Positions 48,147 through 58,832 of a DNA stretch of 64,000 bases are shown piece by piece; positions within the stretch are counted from its first letter, which is position 1; every line of letters starts with the position of its first letter. A program made the position numbers and the translations under genes. The stretch spans positions 32,080 through 96,079 of the forward strand of contig JBKPTE010000046.1 of assembly GCA_046735335.1 (NCBI GenBank). The letters run 5' to 3'. The DNA is from Acidobacteriota bacterium (GTDB lineage Bacteria > Acidobacteriota > Vicinamibacteria > Vicinamibacterales > 2-12-FULL-66-21). The notes under the pieces were generated by a model. It made no database searches and was not told the origin of the DNA. It saw only the letters and a list, made by a program, of their open reading frames with translations.

Positions 48147-49991
48147 TTACTCGACGGTGACGCTCTTCGCGAGGTTGCGCGGCTGATCGACGTCGCAGCC
48201 GCGCCTCACGGCGATGTGATACGCGAGCAGCTGCAGCGGCACGACCATCAGGACCGGCATCAGAAGGGGCTGCGCGGCGGGAACGGTGATCAGGAAATCC
48301 TGCGACGGGTCGAGGAGTTGACCGATGCCGTCGTTCCCTTCCGTCGTGAGCGCGATCACGGAACCGCCGCGCGCCTTCGCCTCCTGGATGTTGCCCATCA
48401 TCTTCTCGAAGACGTGATCGTGCGGCGCGATCGTGACGATGGGCATCTGCTCGTCGATGAGCGCGATCGGTCCGTGCTTCATCTCCCCCGCGGGATAGCC
48501 TTCCGCGTGAATGTACGAAATCTCCTTCAGCTTGAGCGCTCCTTCGAGCGCGATTGGATAATTGATGCCGCGCCCGAGGTAGAGGAAGTCGCTTCGCTGA
48601 TAGAAGCGCCGGGCGATTTCCTCCGTCAGCGGCTCGCACTTCAGCGTCTGCTCGAGCAGCAGCGGAAGCTGCGTCAGCGCGTCGAGGTGCGGCCGCGCAT
48701 CCTCGGGCGCCAGCACGCCGCGGATCTGGCCCAAGTAGATCGCGAGCAGGTGCAGCGCGACGAGCTGCGACGTGAACGCTTTCGTCGAGGCGACGCCGAT
48801 CTCAGGGCCTGCGTGCGTGTAGACGGTGCCGTCGCTCTCGCGCGTCGCCATGCTGCCGACGACGTTGCAGATGGCGATGCTGTGCGCCCCCTTCTTCTTC
48901 GCCTCCCGAAGCGCGGCGAGGGTGTCCGCCGTTTCCCCTGACTGGGTGATGACGACGGCAAGCGTGTTCTTCGGCACGATCGGGTCGCGGTAGCGATACT
49001 CGGAACCGTAGTCGACGTCGACCGGCACCCGCGCCAGCGATTCGAACAAGAACTTGCCGACGAGGCCGGCGTGCCACGACGTGCCGCACGCGAGGATGAT
49101 TACGCGCTCGGTCGCGCGCAGGACGTCGTCGGGGATCTGGATCTCCTGCAGGAACACGCGTCCGCGCTCGACCGATGCGCGCCCGAGCACCGTCTCCCTC
49201 ACCGCCCAGGGCTGCTCGAACACCTCCTTGAGCATGAAGTGCTTGTATCCGGCCTTCTCCGCCATGACCGGATCCCACGACACGCGCGTGCTCTTCTTCG
49301 AGACGCCGCGTCCGGAATAGTCGGTGAATTCCACGCCCGACGGCGTGATAACCGCCATCTCCTCGTCGCCCAGAAACACGACGTCTCTCGTGTGGGCGAG
49401 GATCGCCGGTATGTCGGATGCGACGAAGAACTCCCGATCGCCGAGGCCGACGACGATGGGCGGCCCGTTGCGGACGGTCACGATCTTGCGCGGATCGTCG
49501 GCGGAGATCAGGACGAGCGCGAACAGGCCGCGCATGTACAGCAGCGCACGCCTGACCGCGTTCTCGAGACCGTCGTCCTTCATCTCGCGTTCGACGAGAT
49601 GCGCGACGATCTCCGTATCGGTTTCCGTCACGAACACGTGGCCTTCCGACTGGAGCTGGCGCTTCAGATCGAGATAGTTCTCGATGATCCCGTTGTGGAC
49701 GACGACGATGCGGCCGGTGCAGTCGCGGTGAGGATGCGCGTTCTCTTCGGTGGGACGGCCGTGCGTGGCCCAGCGCGTGTGGCCGATCCCGTACTCGCCT
49801 TCGAGGGGATTGACGGCAATCGCTTCCTCGAGCCGCGCGAGCTTGCCCGCGCTGCGGCGCAGCTCGATCGCGCCGTCGCGCACGACGGCGACGCCCGCCG
49901 AGTCGTAGCCGCGGTACTCGAGCCGCCGCAGCCCGTCGATGAGGATCGGCAGGACCTGCTTCTGCCCGATGTAACCGATGATGCCGCACAT
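48147..49991 (-). CDS. glmS: glutamine--fructose-6-phosphate aminotransferase
   Basis: From ATG 49991: MCGIIGYIG (N-terminal Cys nucleophile), two SIS domains, C-terminal ...NLAKSVTVE. The track ORF is over-extended to 50222. Confidence 0.97.
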   Translation of the reverse strand: MCGIIGYIGQKQVLPILIDGLRRLEYRGYDSAGVAVVRDGAIELRRSAGKLARLEEAIAVNPLEGEYGIGHTRWATHGRPTEENAHPHRDCTGRIVVVHNGIIENYLDLKRQLQSEGHVFVTETDTEIVAHLVEREMKDDGLENAVRRALLYMRGLFALVLISADDPRKIVTVRNGPPIVVGLGDREFFVASDIPAILAHTRDVVFLGDEEMAVITPSGVEFTDYSGRGVSKKSTRVSWDPVMAEKAGYKHFMLKEVFEQPWAVRETVLGRASVERGRVFLQEIQIPDDVLRATERVIILACGTSWHAGLVGKFLFESLARVPVDVDYGSEYRYRDPIVPKNTLAVVITQSGETADTLAALREAKKKGAHSIAICNVVGSMATRESDGTVYTHAGPEIGVASTKAFTSQLVALHLLAIYLGQIRGVLAPEDARPHLDALTQLPLLLEQTLKCEPLTEEIARRFYQRSDFLYLGRGINYPIALEGALKLKEISYIHAEGYPAGEMKHGPIALIDEQMPIVTIAPHDHVFEKMMGNIQEAKARGGSVIALTTEGNDGIGQLLDPSQDFLITVPAAQPLLMPVLMVVPLQLLAYHIAVRRGCDVDQPRNLAKSVTVE

Positions 49992-50010
49992 ATCGCTGAT
50001 GGTTGTCAAA

Positions 50011-50087
50011 GGCGAATGACGAACGACGAACGACGAATTTCGAGCTTCATCATTCGTCTTTCGCCGTTCGTCTTCCGTCGTTGAGTC
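50011..50087. repeat. tandem-unit inverted repeat at the glmU-glmS junction (7-nt register, GACGAAY x4 then TTCGTCN-type x6)
   Basis: Units start at 50011, 50018, 50025, 50032 (GGCGAAT GACGAAC GACGAAC GACGAAT), at 50039 (TTCGAGC), then at 50046, 50053, 50060, 50067, 50074, 50081 (TTCATCA TTCGTCT TTCGCCG TTCGTCT TCCGTCG TTGAGTC). Centre GACGAAT/ATTCGTC at 50032..50058. The right arm lies inside the last codons of glmU. Confidence 0.9.
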
Positions 50088-51456
50088 GCTTCTTCGCGTC
50101 CGCCCAGCCTTCTTTGTTGATCTGCTTCCCGCGCGCGATCCCGAGCGCGCCGGCCGGGACGTCGTCGGTGATCGACGATCCGGCGGCCACGTACGCGCCG
50201 CGCCCGACGCGCACCGGCGCAATGAGCTGCGTGTCGCTGCCGATGAACGCCTCGTCCTCGATGACGGTCGGGCTCTTCACGCGCCCGTCGTAGTTGCACG
50301 TAATCGTTCCGGCGCCGATGTTGACCTTCTCGCCGATCGTGGAATCCCCGAGGTAGGAAAGATGGCTGGCCTTCGAACCCTTTCCAAGCGTCGTCTTCTT
50401 CAACTCGACGAAGTTGCCGATCTTCGCGTGCTCTCCGACGTCGGAGTTCGGCCGCAGGCGCGCAAACGGCCCGACTTCCGCGCCGGCCCGGATGCGTGAT
50501 TGCTCGATGACGCAGAAGTTCTGAACGACCGCGCCGTCTTCGACGATGGCGTCCACGAGGCGTACGCAGGCCTGGATCTCGCAGCCGGAACCGATCGTCG
50601 TCTTTCCTTCGAGGTACACGTTTGGATGGAGCACGGTATCGGGGCCGACGGAGACGTCGGGGCCGACGAACGTCGACGCGGGATCGACGATCGTGACGCC
50701 CGCGGCCATCAGCTCCTCTACGCGTGCGGTTTTCAGGATGGCGTTCACGTCCGCGAGCTCCCTTCGACTGTTCACGCCAATGATTTCTCGTGCGTCCGCG
50801 GCCGTCACGGTCTCCACGCCGCGGCCGCGCGAACGGTAAATCCGCACGAGGTCGGGCAGGTAGTACTCCCCCTGCGCGTTGCCCGACCCAATCGACGCAA
50901 GCGCATCGAACAGCGGCGCGAGATCGAACGCGTAGACGCCGCTGTTGATCTCGTCGATGCGGCGCTCCTCCGGCGTTGCATCCCGATCTTCGACGATTGC
51001 CGCAATCGCCTCATCCCGTCGGACAATCCGGCCGTAGCCGGAGGGATCGGGCACGCGCGCCGTCAGCACGGTCGCGGCGGCCTGCGTCTCGACGTGTCGA
51101 TCGAGCAGCCGCCGCACCGTCGCGAGGCGCAGCAACGGCACGTCCCCCGACAACAGCAACACCGTACCCTTGCCCTCGGGGAGGTACGGACGCGCCTGCA
51201 GGAGCGCGTGACCGGTGCCGAGCTGAGGCTCCTGCAATGCAAAGCGCAGGCCCGGCCGAGCTCGCTGCGACGATTCGACGAGGGCCGCACCGTGTCCGAC
51301 AATCACCGTCGTCGTGGCGGGTTGCAGCGCCGCGGCGAGACGGAGCACGTGTTCGATGAGGGGCAGGCCGGCCGCCCGATGGAGGACTTTGGGCTGCGCG
51401 GATTTCATGCGCGTCCCCTTTCCCGCCGCGAGGACGACGACATGAAGCGGCGGCAT
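50050..51456 (-). CDS. glmU: bifunctional UDP-N-acetylglucosamine pyrophosphorylase / glucosamine-1-phosphate N-acetyltransferase
   Basis: [13 protein letters not shown], a left-handed beta-helix hexapeptide region, and a C-terminal tail ...[14 protein letters not shown] encoded by the repeat arm. Confidence 0.95.
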   Translation of the reverse strand: MPPLHVVVLAAGKGTRMKSAQPKVLHRAAGLPLIEHVLRLAAALQPATTTVIVGHGAALVESSQRARPGLRFALQEPQLGTGHALLQARPYLPEGKGTVLLLSGDVPLLRLATVRRLLDRHVETQAAATVLTARVPDPSGYGRIVRRDEAIAAIVEDRDATPEERRIDEINSGVYAFDLAPLFDALASIGSGNAQGEYYLPDLVRIYRSRGRGVETVTAADAREIIGVNSRRELADVNAILKTARVEELMAAGVTIVDPASTFVGPDVSVGPDTVLHPNVYLEGKTTIGSGCEIQACVRLVDAIVEDGAVVQNFCVIEQSRIRAGAEVGPFARLRPNSDVGEHAKIGNFVELKKTTLGKGSKASHLSYLGDSTIGEKVNIGAGTITCNYDGRVKSPTVIEDEAFIGSDTQLIAPVRVGRGAYVAAGSSITDDVPAGALGIARGKQINKEGWADAKKRLNDGRRTAKDE

Positions 51457-51490
51457 GGGGAGAACTGAAGGCGACGTGCCCGAGGTCAGT

Positions 51491-52237
51491 TCAACGCCGA
51501 TTCTTTCGCGGTCGCGATGACGATGAGGACGATACGGCCGGGCGGGCGGGCATGTCCGCGGGCGCGTCGATGGCCTGCCTGAAGGCTGGCTGGTCGCGTA
51601 ACGGTTCGAGGTCCGGATCCTGCCGCGCCAGCGACCGATTCTCGGGATTCAGGAGCACGGCGTTCTGCAGGTGCTCGAGCGCGTCGGACGCATTGCCCCG
51701 GCGCAGGTTCGCGACGGCCATCATGTAGTGCGCGTGATCGTGGCGCGCGTTCTCGCCGAGGGCGCGCTGCAGATGCTGCACCGCGAGCGCCTCGTTTCCG
51801 GAGTTCAGGGCAACGGTGGCCGCGTACACCCACTCGTCGGCCGTCTTCGGGGCGGGCTCGCGCGGCTCCAGCTCGCGCTCGCAGACCTTGAGGTACAAGC
51901 GGGCCCGCTCGAGCAGTTCGCGTTCGTCAGGATATTGCTGGATGACGGAGCGGAGCGCGTCGGCAGCGGCCGCAAAGTCGCGGCGCTGAAGGGCCTGGAG
52001 CCCGCGCTCGTACAGCGCAACCGCCTCGTGGTACGTGGGTTTTCGGGCAGGTGCCGTATCGACGGCGGGGGCAGCCTGCCGCTCCTGCGCCACAGGCCCG
52101 GTCGTCGTCCGAGCGGGGGCCTTACGGGCCCGTACCGGGCGGTTCCGCTTCGCCGCGGGCCGGCGGCGCGTCGTTTCGCGCTGCCGCGCGGGCTTCCGAG
52201 TTCTGCGGGCTGATGTCGCCCGGCGCGCCTTCGCCAT
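51491..52237 (-). CDS. TPR-repeat protein with highly basic N-terminal region
   Basis: From ATG 52237: MAKARRATSARRTRKPARQRETTRRRPAAKRNRP... followed by TPR-like helices (YHEAVALYERGLQALQRRDFAAAADALRSVIQQYP; AHYMMAVANLRRGNASDALEHLQNAVLLNP). The start is uncertain; the track ORF extends to 52345. Confidence 0.65.
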   Translation of the reverse strand: MAKARRATSARRTRKPARQRETTRRRPAAKRNRPVRARKAPARTTTGPVAQERQAAPAVDTAPARKPTYHEAVALYERGLQALQRRDFAAAADALRSVIQQYPDERELLERARLYLKVCERELEPREPAPKTADEWVYAATVALNSGNEALAVQHLQRALGENARHDHAHYMMAVANLRRGNASDALEHLQNAVLLNPENRSLARQDPDLEPLRDQPAFRQAIDAPADMPARPAVSSSSSSRPRKNRR

Positions 52238-52295
52238 CGCTGTTCTTCTCGAAACCTCTACGATTAGGCCGTGCCGAGCCGGCTGCGCGGCCCCG

Positions 52296-52345
52296 CCGGT
52301 TCCCCGAACCGGGGGACAGTAGCAAATCCGCAGACGCGGGGTCAA
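52296..52345 (-). promoter_or_regulatory. candidate promoter TTGACC-N18-TACTGT followed by hairpin CCGGTTC-CCC-GAACCGG
   Basis: The minus strand reads TTGACCccgcgtctgcggatttgcTACTGT (52345..52316). 7-bp hairpin at 52296..52312 in the predicted 5' UTR of the TPR gene. Confidence 0.3.
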
Positions 52346-52429
52346 GATGCTGGCGCGCTTTTCGCGTCAGCCTGTCGCAGATTTCGTCGTGGCCTCCTGG
52401 GCCATCTCTGCCACGAATGGTCGATTAAC

Positions 52430-53266
52430 CTAATCACCTGCGCGCTCCAAGCGGCGATAGACCTCGTTCGCGGCGAGTCCGTGGCGCTTTCCTACCTGGC
52501 GCATAGCCTCCCGGCGAGAAATACCCAGCGATTCTGTTACATGACCGACTTCTGCCGCCAGTGCCTCGACGCTAATACTCTCGGTGGGTGCGACGGCGGG
52601 AGCTGCGGTCGGCAGCAGGATCGTGAACTCTCCCCTGGGGTCAGTAAATTGTTCCAGAATCGCTGATATTGGCTGAACGACCAATTCCTCGTGCGCTTTG
52701 GTCAATTCCCGGGCGATCCCAACGACTCTGTCCCCCACTATTGTCGCCAGCTCCTCCATCGTCGCCCTGAAGCGGTGGGGCGCTTCGTAGAAGATCACGA
52801 GCCGAGGCTCGTCGGCAATGCGCCGGAGCCAGGCGATTCTGGCTTTCGACCGAGACGGCGGGAACCCCACGAACGTGAACTCGTCAGCTGGCAAGCCCGC
52901 GGCAGCCAGCGCCGCGACAACGGCGCTCGGCCCGGGGATCGGCTCGACGCGTACGCCCGCATCGCGCGCGGCGGCCACGAGCCCCTGACCCGGGTCGGAG
53001 ATGACGGGCGTCCCGGCGTCCGAGACGAGCGCGATGGAGTCGCCGGCGAGCAGACGCTCGACGAGCGAGCCAGTTTTCTGACGCTCGTTGTGTTCGTGAA
53101 GGCTCGTCGTCGGCGTCGAGATGGAGTAGTGTTGAAGAAGCCGGCTGGTCCGGCGGGTGTCCTCGGCCGCGATCAGGGAAACATCGCGCAGGATTCTGAG
53201 CGCCCGCAGCGTGACATCTTCGAGGTTGCCGATGGGAGTGGCGACCACGTACAGGGTGCCGGGCAT
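52430..53266 (-). CDS. rsmI: 16S rRNA (cytidine1402-2'-O)-methyltransferase
   Basis: From ATG 53266: MPGTLYVVATPIGNLEDVTLRALRILRDVSLIAAEDTR...SDAGTPVISDPG. The track ORF is over-extended to 54463. Confidence 0.9.
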   Translation of the reverse strand: MPGTLYVVATPIGNLEDVTLRALRILRDVSLIAAEDTRRTSRLLQHYSISTPTTSLHEHNERQKTGSLVERLLAGDSIALVSDAGTPVISDPGQGLVAAARDAGVRVEPIPGPSAVVAALAAAGLPADEFTFVGFPPSRSKARIAWLRRIADEPRLVIFYEAPHRFRATMEELATIVGDRVVGIARELTKAHEELVVQPISAILEQFTDPRGEFTILLPTAAPAVAPTESISVEALAAEVGHVTESLGISRREAMRQVGKRHGLAANEVYRRLERAGD

Positions 53267-53290
53267 GCGCGGGCCGCAGATTCTACCAGA

Positions 53291-54949
53291 ATGTATTCCG
53301 CCGAACCCTTGCCGCATTTCGTCGACGAGTATCTGGCGTGGCTGCACGAGACGCACCCCACCAACGCAACGTTCGACGGCGTTCACCTGCACGACGATCT
53401 GCTCGAAGATCTGAGCCGGCCGGCCATTGACGCGCAAGTGCGCGCGCTTGGCGGGTTCGCGCGCCGGCTCGCCGCGATCGATCCGGCGCGCCTCACGGAC
53501 ACCGAGCGGCTCGAGCGTCCCGCGCTCGACGCGAATATCCGCGCCCGCCTCCTCGAGCTCGAACAGGTCCGGACCTGGGAACGCAACCCGCAGCATTACG
53601 GCGACCTGCTGTCCACGAGCCTCGCGGGCCAGGCGCTGTTCGACTACGCACCGCTCCCGGAGCGCGCGCGCCGGGTGCTGTCGAAGCTGCGGCAGGTCGG
53701 GCGCTTGATGCAGTCGGCGCGCGACAACATCAAGGACCCCCCCGGCATCTTCCTGAAGTTCGGCCTGGAGAGCCTGCGCGGCGCGCAACGGTTCATCGAG
53801 GAGGATCTGCCGCGGGTATTCGGCGATCTCGACGACCTCCACGTGCTCGGCGATCTCGCCGACGCGTCGACCGAAGCGTCGCACGCGATCGGTGCGTACC
53901 TGACCTTCCTCGAAGAGGATGTCGCCCCGCGGGCCCGCGGCTCGTTCAGGCTCGGACGCGAACGCCTGGCCCAGAAGCTCGAGCTCGACGAAGGCCTCAC
54001 GCTCGACCACGAACGGCTGCTCGCAATTGCGACGCGGGAGCTGCACGCCATTCAGGAAGAGTTCCGCCGCGCGGCGTCGCGCCTCGACGGCAAGGATCCC
54101 TTCGGCGCATGGGCGCGTGCGAAGGCGGACCACCCGGCGCCCGGCGAGGTGGTGGCCACCGCGCAGGCGCAGCTCGAGGAGCTGGAGACCTTCATCCGCC
54201 GGCAGGATCTCGTGACGGTGCCGGAGTCCGCGCAGGTGCAGGTGGCCCCGACTCCGCGCTTCTATCGCTGGACGTTTGCCAGCATGTGGACGCCCGGGCC
54301 GTTCGAGGCGCGGCCGCTGCGCGCGTACTACTACATCACGGACGTCGATCCCGCATGGCCGGCGGAACGCCAGGAGGAACATCTGCGGGACTTCAGCTAC
54401 GGCGCGCTCTGGGCCATCTCCGTCCACGAGGTGTTTCCCGGACACTTCCTCCATTACCAGCACCTGCGGCGCCTCACCTCGTCACTGCGCAAGTCGATTC
54501 TCTTCTCGTCGGCGGCAATGGTGGAGGGCTGGGCGCACTATGCGGAGCACATGATGGTGGAGGCGGGGTTCCGCAGGCAGGATCCGGCAATCAAGCTTGG
54601 ACAGCTCGCCGAAGCCCTCATCCGCATCTGCCGCCTCATAGTCGGCCTGCGGCTCCACTGCGAGGACCTGTCCGTCGAGCAGGGCGTCAGGATTTTCCGC
54701 GAGGAGGCGTACCTCGAAGAATCCGCGGCGCGGCGTGAGGCCGAGCGCGGGACGTTCGATCCTTCGTACGTGCTCTACTCGCTCGGAAAGCTGATGGTCC
54801 TCAAGCTGCGCGAAGACTGCAAGGCGCACGCGGACGGACGCTTCTCTCTGCGCGACTTCCACGACGCGCTGCTCGGCAACGGCACGGTCCCGCTGTGGCT
54901 CCAGCGCAACCTGCTGCTGGGCGAAAACAACGGCGCGATGCTCGAGTGA
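53291..54949 (+). CDS. DUF885-family protein (putative metallopeptidase-like)
   Basis: From ATG 53291. The pattern ...P.ATFDGVH.HDD.L.D.S... and the HEVFPGHFLHYQH motif are typical of DUF885. Only 24 nt from the divergent rsmI start. Confidence 0.8.
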   Translation: MYSAEPLPHFVDEYLAWLHETHPTNATFDGVHLHDDLLEDLSRPAIDAQVRALGGFARRLAAIDPARLTDTERLERPALDANIRARLLELEQVRTWERNPQHYGDLLSTSLAGQALFDYAPLPERARRVLSKLRQVGRLMQSARDNIKDPPGIFLKFGLESLRGAQRFIEEDLPRVFGDLDDLHVLGDLADASTEASHAIGAYLTFLEEDVAPRARGSFRLGRERLAQKLELDEGLTLDHERLLAIATRELHAIQEEFRRAASRLDGKDPFGAWARAKADHPAPGEVVATAQAQLEELETFIRRQDLVTVPESAQVQVAPTPRFYRWTFASMWTPGPFEARPLRAYYYITDVDPAWPAERQEEHLRDFSYGALWAISVHEVFPGHFLHYQHLRRLTSSLRKSILFSSAAMVEGWAHYAEHMMVEAGFRRQDPAIKLGQLAEALIRICRLIVGLRLHCEDLSVEQGVRIFREEAYLEESAARREAERGTFDPSYVLYSLGKLMVLKLREDCKAHADGRFSLRDFHDALLGNGTVPLWLQRNLLLGENNGAMLE

Positions 54950-54954
54950 TCCTC

Positions 54955-55284
54955 ATGCCCCTATACGAATATCAGTGCGACGCCTGCCATCATCGATTCG
55001 AACGCATTCGGAAGTTTTCCGATCCCCCCGTGGATGTGTGCCCGAACTGCGGCAAGGGGCCGGTAAGAAAGCTTCTCTCCTCGCCCGCGATTCAGTTCAA
55101 GGGATCCGGCTGGTACGTGACGGATTACGCGAGGAAGTCGTCGGCGGCGGCCGATACGAAGGGGAAGGACTCGAAAGACGGCACGGCTCCAGCCGGCAAG
55201 TCGGGTGACTCGCCCTCGTCGGAATCGTCCGCGTCGAAAGCAAGACCTGCCGAAGCGTCGACGGCCGCGGAGAAGAAATCCTAG
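54955..55284 (+). CDS. FmdB-family zinc-ribbon protein
   Basis: MPLYEYQCDACHHRFERIRKFSDPPVDVCPNCGKGPVRKLLSSPAIQFKGSGWY (CxxC...CxxC) followed by a Ser/Ala/Lys-rich tail. Confidence 0.8.
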   Translation: MPLYEYQCDACHHRFERIRKFSDPPVDVCPNCGKGPVRKLLSSPAIQFKGSGWYVTDYARKSSAAADTKGKDSKDGTAPAGKSGDSPSSESSASKARPAEASTAAEKKS

Positions 55285-56175
55285 TCAGCGTGCGCTTGTC
55301 GTCTGGCCGAGATCGATCCCGCGAAGGTAGTCGCGGAAGGGATCGGCGAGATCGGGCCTGCGCAGCGCGAAATACACGACCGCTCGCAGAAATCCCAGCT
55401 TGTTGCCCGTGTCGTGCCGGACGCCGTCGATCCGGCAGCCGTAGATCGGCCGCCTCTTGAGAAGCCGCCGCAGGCCGTTCGTGAGCTGGATTTCGCCCGT
55501 GCGATCCTTGGCCGTTTCCTCGAGGGCGGGGAAGATGTCGGGGGTGAGGACGTAGCGGCCGATGATCGCGAGGTTCGACGGAGCTTCGTCGCGCGGGGGC
55601 TTCTCCACGAGATCGCGGATGCGGTAGACGCCGGGCCGCACCTCGTCGGCGTCGATGATGCCGTACGCGCTCACGTCCTGCTTCGGCACCTCCTCGATCG
55701 CGAGCACCGGGCCGTCCAGCTCCTCGAAGACGTCGATCATCTGCTTCAGCGCCGGTGGCCTGGCGTCGATGACGTCGTCGCCCAGGATGACCGCGAACGG
55801 CTCCTGGCCGACGAGCGTCCGCGTCACGAGCACGGCGTGCCCGAGGCCGAGCGGTTCCCCCTGCCGCACGTACGAGAAGTTGATCAGGTTCGAGATCTTC
55901 CGGATCTCGGCGAGCAGCTCCGTCTTTCCCCGCGCCTCGAGGAACGTTTCGAGCTCGACCGACACGTCGAAGTGGTCCTCGATGGCGTTCTTGCCTCGCC
56001 CGGTCACCAGGATGATGTTGTCGACGCCCGAGGCGAGCGCCTCTTCGACGCCGTACTGGATGATTGGCTTGTCGACGAGCGGCAGCATCTCCTTGGGCTG
56101 CGCCTTCGTCGCCGGGAGGAAGCGCGTGCCCAGGCCGGCCGCAGGAAAGACGGCTTTTCGCACGGGAGAGGTCAT
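55285..56175 (-). CDS. galU: UTP--glucose-1-phosphate uridylyltransferase
   Basis: From ATG 56175: VRKAVFPAAGLGTRFLPATKAQPKEMLPLVDKPIIQY, VRQGEPLGLGHAV. Its stop codon abuts the FmdB-gene stop with no gap. Confidence 0.9.
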   Translation of the reverse strand: MTSPVRKAVFPAAGLGTRFLPATKAQPKEMLPLVDKPIIQYGVEEALASGVDNIILVTGRGKNAIEDHFDVSVELETFLEARGKTELLAEIRKISNLINFSYVRQGEPLGLGHAVLVTRTLVGQEPFAVILGDDVIDARPPALKQMIDVFEELDGPVLAIEEVPKQDVSAYGIIDADEVRPGVYRIRDLVEKPPRDEAPSNLAIIGRYVLTPDIFPALEETAKDRTGEIQLTNGLRRLLKRRPIYGCRIDGVRHDTGNKLGFLRAVVYFALRRPDLADPFRDYLRGIDLGQTTSAR

Positions 56176-56223
56176 GTCCGCATCGTATCTCAGGACCCTC
56201 GGGCCCGGTATAGGATTTAACGA

Positions 56224-57507
56224 ATGCTCGATCCGGCGTACGTTCGAGACCACATCGACGCGGTGCGTACCGCGCTTCGGAGCCGCGGCCAGAACCCCGA
56301 TGCGGAGCTGGAGCAGCTGGCGTCGCTCGATGCCACGCGGCGGCGGGTGATCCCCGAGGTCGAAGGACTGAAGCGAGAACAGAACGCGTCAGGCGAGGAG
56401 ATCGCGCGCGCGAAGCGCCAGGGCCAGGATCCCTCCGCGATCTTCGCGGCGAACAAGGCGCGCGCGCAGCGCATTCGAGAGCTGGAGACAGATCTCGAGC
56501 GCGTCGAGACCGAACGGTTGCAGCTCCTCATGACGCTGCCGAACCTGCCGCACGCGACGGTGCCGATCGGCGCGTCCGCCAAGGACAACCAGGAGGTGCG
56601 CCGCCACGGCACGCCTCGCGAGTTCGACTTCGAGCCGAAGCCGCACTGGGAGCTGGGCCCGGCGCTCGGGATCCTGGACTTCGAGCGCGCGACACGGATG
56701 TCCGGCGCGCGCTTCTCCGTGTTGATGGGCGCGGGGGCGCGTCTCTCTCGCGCGCTGATCAATTTCATGCTCGATCTGCACTCGCGCGAGCATGGTTATC
56801 TCGAGGTCGAGCCGCCCTTCCTCGTCAACGGTGACGCCCTGCGCGGGACCGGGAACCTTCCGAAATTCGAGGAGGACCTGTTCAAGATCGCGGGCGACTG
56901 GGACCTTTATCTGATTCCGACCGCCGAAGTGCCGCTCACCAATCTCCATCGCACGGAGATTCTCGACGGCCGCACGCTGCCGCTCCGTTACACGGCCTAC
57001 ACGCCGTGCTTCCGCAGCGAAGCCGGATCGTACGGCGCCGACGTGCGCGGCCTCATTCGTCAGCATCAGTTCGACAAGGTGGAGCTGGTGAAGCTGACGA
57101 CCCCGGAGCAGTCGTACGACGAGCTGGAGTCGCTCACGTCCAACGCGGAGGAGGTGCTGCGGCGGCTGGAGCTGCCGTACCGCACGGTCGTGTTGTGCAC
57201 GGGCGACATGGGGTTCGCGTCTGCGAAGACGTACGACATCGAGGTGTGGCTCCCGAGCGGGCGCACGTACCGCGAGATTTCGTCCTGCAGCAACACCGAA
57301 GCGTTTCAGGCGCGGCGCGCGAACATCAAGTTCCGCCCCCAGGGGAGCGGCAAAGCGGAGTTCGTGCACACGCTGAACGGCTCCGGCCTCGCCGTCGGCC
57401 GTACGCTGATTGCGATCCTCGAGAATTTTCAGCAGAAGGACGGATCCGTCGTCATCCCCTCGGCGCTGCGGCCGTTCTTCGGCGCGAATCGGATCGCACC
57501 GCAGTAA
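56224..57507 (+). CDS. serS: seryl-tRNA synthetase
   Basis: N-terminal coiled-coil arm, then class II motifs (FRSEAGSYG..., [20 protein letters not shown]). Confidence 0.97.
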   Translation: MLDPAYVRDHIDAVRTALRSRGQNPDAELEQLASLDATRRRVIPEVEGLKREQNASGEEIARAKRQGQDPSAIFAANKARAQRIRELETDLERVETERLQLLMTLPNLPHATVPIGASAKDNQEVRRHGTPREFDFEPKPHWELGPALGILDFERATRMSGARFSVLMGAGARLSRALINFMLDLHSREHGYLEVEPPFLVNGDALRGTGNLPKFEEDLFKIAGDWDLYLIPTAEVPLTNLHRTEILDGRTLPLRYTAYTPCFRSEAGSYGADVRGLIRQHQFDKVELVKLTTPEQSYDELESLTSNAEEVLRRLELPYRTVVLCTGDMGFASAKTYDIEVWLPSGRTYREISSCSNTEAFQARRANIKFRPQGSGKAEFVHTLNGSGLAVGRTLIAILENFQQKDGSVVIPSALRPFFGANRIAPQ

Positions 57508-57617
57508 ACGCAGCCGTACATTCGTGAGCGCGCGCTTTCGAATTGGTCAGCGCCGCTGTGCCGAACGGTGCACATCCGGGCCACCGTGGGACGCATGCTG
57601 TTTGCAGCAGGAGCGCA

Positions 57618-58619
57618 ATGGTGAAGCGTGCTCTCCTCATCGGGCTTGCCGGTGCGCTGGCGGCATGCGGCGGCTCCGGCTCGAAGAACCCCGCGGCGCC
57701 CGAATCGCCTCGCGTCCTGCAGGGTCAGACGGTGAGCGCGATCGACGGCAGCCCCTCGGGCGGGTTGACCGTCGCCGTCGGAACCCACTTCGCCGTCGCA
57801 AGCGACGCGAACGGCAATTTCCAGGTGGACGTCGGTGGTCCGGGCGCCTATGACACGCAGGTGATCGGAACGCCCATCGTCGAGCGGCATACGACGCTGA
57901 CCGGTCCATCCATCGATCGCCTGAAGGTCTCGTTGATCCCCGCGAGCTTCGACCTGGCCGCCTTCGACGAGATGTTCCGCACGGCGAACAGCCGCCTGCA
58001 GCGGTGGACATCGCGTCCCACCCTCGTCATCGTCGCATCCGTGATGAAGTACGCCTCGAACGAGAGCGAACACTTTCCTGCGACCGCCGACCAGTTGACC
58101 GACGACGAGGTGACGGCCCTGACCGCGCACCTGGCCGAGGGCCTGAGCCTCCTGACGGCGGGAACGTTCACCAGCTTTGCATCCGTCTCCGTGGAGCGTC
58201 CGCAGGCGGGCGAGCAGGTCAACGTTCGCCGCGCGGGAGCGATTGTGGTCGGGCGCTACACCGGGATCACCACGCTCGCGAACACGATTGGCTACGGCAA
58301 CTGGGCCGAGCAGCCCGACGGCACGATCGTCGGCGGGACGATGTGGCTGGATCGGGACTTCGATCGGGATGATTCGCGTCGCCGGCTGCTCAGGATCCAC
58401 GAGCTTGGCCACGCGCTCGGGTACAACCACGTGACCCTCCGGACGTCGATCATGAATCCGGCAATCGGTCCCGAGCCAACCGACTTCGATCGCGCGGGTT
58501 CGGCGATCGCATTCCAGCGTCCCGTCGGCAATGTTGCGCCGGACACTGATCCCGCGACGGGGCGCCGCACCTTCTCCGTGAGCGACGGCGGTCTCCGGTG
58601 GAGCACGCCGATCCGGTAA
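57618..58619 (+). CDS. lipoprotein zinc metalloprotease (metzincin-type HExxHxxGxxH) with N-terminal carboxypeptidase-regulatory-like domain
   Basis: RBS AGGAG precedes ATG 57618. Lipobox LAGALAAC. Active-site motif HELGHALGYNH. The segment GLTVAVGTHFAVASDANGNFQVDV resembles CarboxypepD_reg. Confidence 0.65.
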   Translation: MVKRALLIGLAGALAACGGSGSKNPAAPESPRVLQGQTVSAIDGSPSGGLTVAVGTHFAVASDANGNFQVDVGGPGAYDTQVIGTPIVERHTTLTGPSIDRLKVSLIPASFDLAAFDEMFRTANSRLQRWTSRPTLVIVASVMKYASNESEHFPATADQLTDDEVTALTAHLAEGLSLLTAGTFTSFASVSVERPQAGEQVNVRRAGAIVVGRYTGITTLANTIGYGNWAEQPDGTIVGGTMWLDRDFDRDDSRRRLLRIHELGHALGYNHVTLRTSIMNPAIGPEPTDFDRAGSAIAFQRPVGNVAPDTDPATGRRTFSVSDGGLRWSTPIR

Positions 58620-58704
58620 TCGAGGTTCTTCCAAATTGCGCGCTCCGACGCGTCCTCTTGCCGAGAGGCGCCGATCCATCGGTCTGTGCGAGAATTTCCT
58701 GAGC

Positions 58705-58794
58705 GGAGAGATGGCCGAGTGGTCGATGGCGGTGGTCTTGAAAACCACTGTACCCGAAAGGGTACCGGGGGTTCGAATCCCTCTCTCTCCGCCA
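58705..58794 (+). tRNA. tRNA-Ser (anticodon UGA), CCA encoded
   Basis: Acceptor GGAGAGA/TCTCTCC. Anticodon stem GTGGT/ACCAC with loop CTTGAAA (anticodon TGA). Long variable arm GTACCC-GAAA-GGGTAC. T-loop TTCGAAT. 3' GCCA. Confidence 0.92.
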
Positions 58795-58832
58795 ATCTTC
58801 GCCAAGCGCTCGCCTTCGCTCGCCGGCTCCGG

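Noticed and set aside
49992-50049. glmS ribozyme upstream of glmS
   Set aside because: Only 58 nt separate glmU and glmS, and they are occupied by the heptamer repeat. That is too short and lacks the conserved ribozyme core.
58705-58794. tRNA-Sec (selC), given the Sec-type selD in the window
   Set aside because: The anticodon loop CTTGAAA gives anticodon UGA (reads UCN serine codons), not UCA. The 7-bp acceptor stem and overall fold are those of an ordinary tRNA-Ser.
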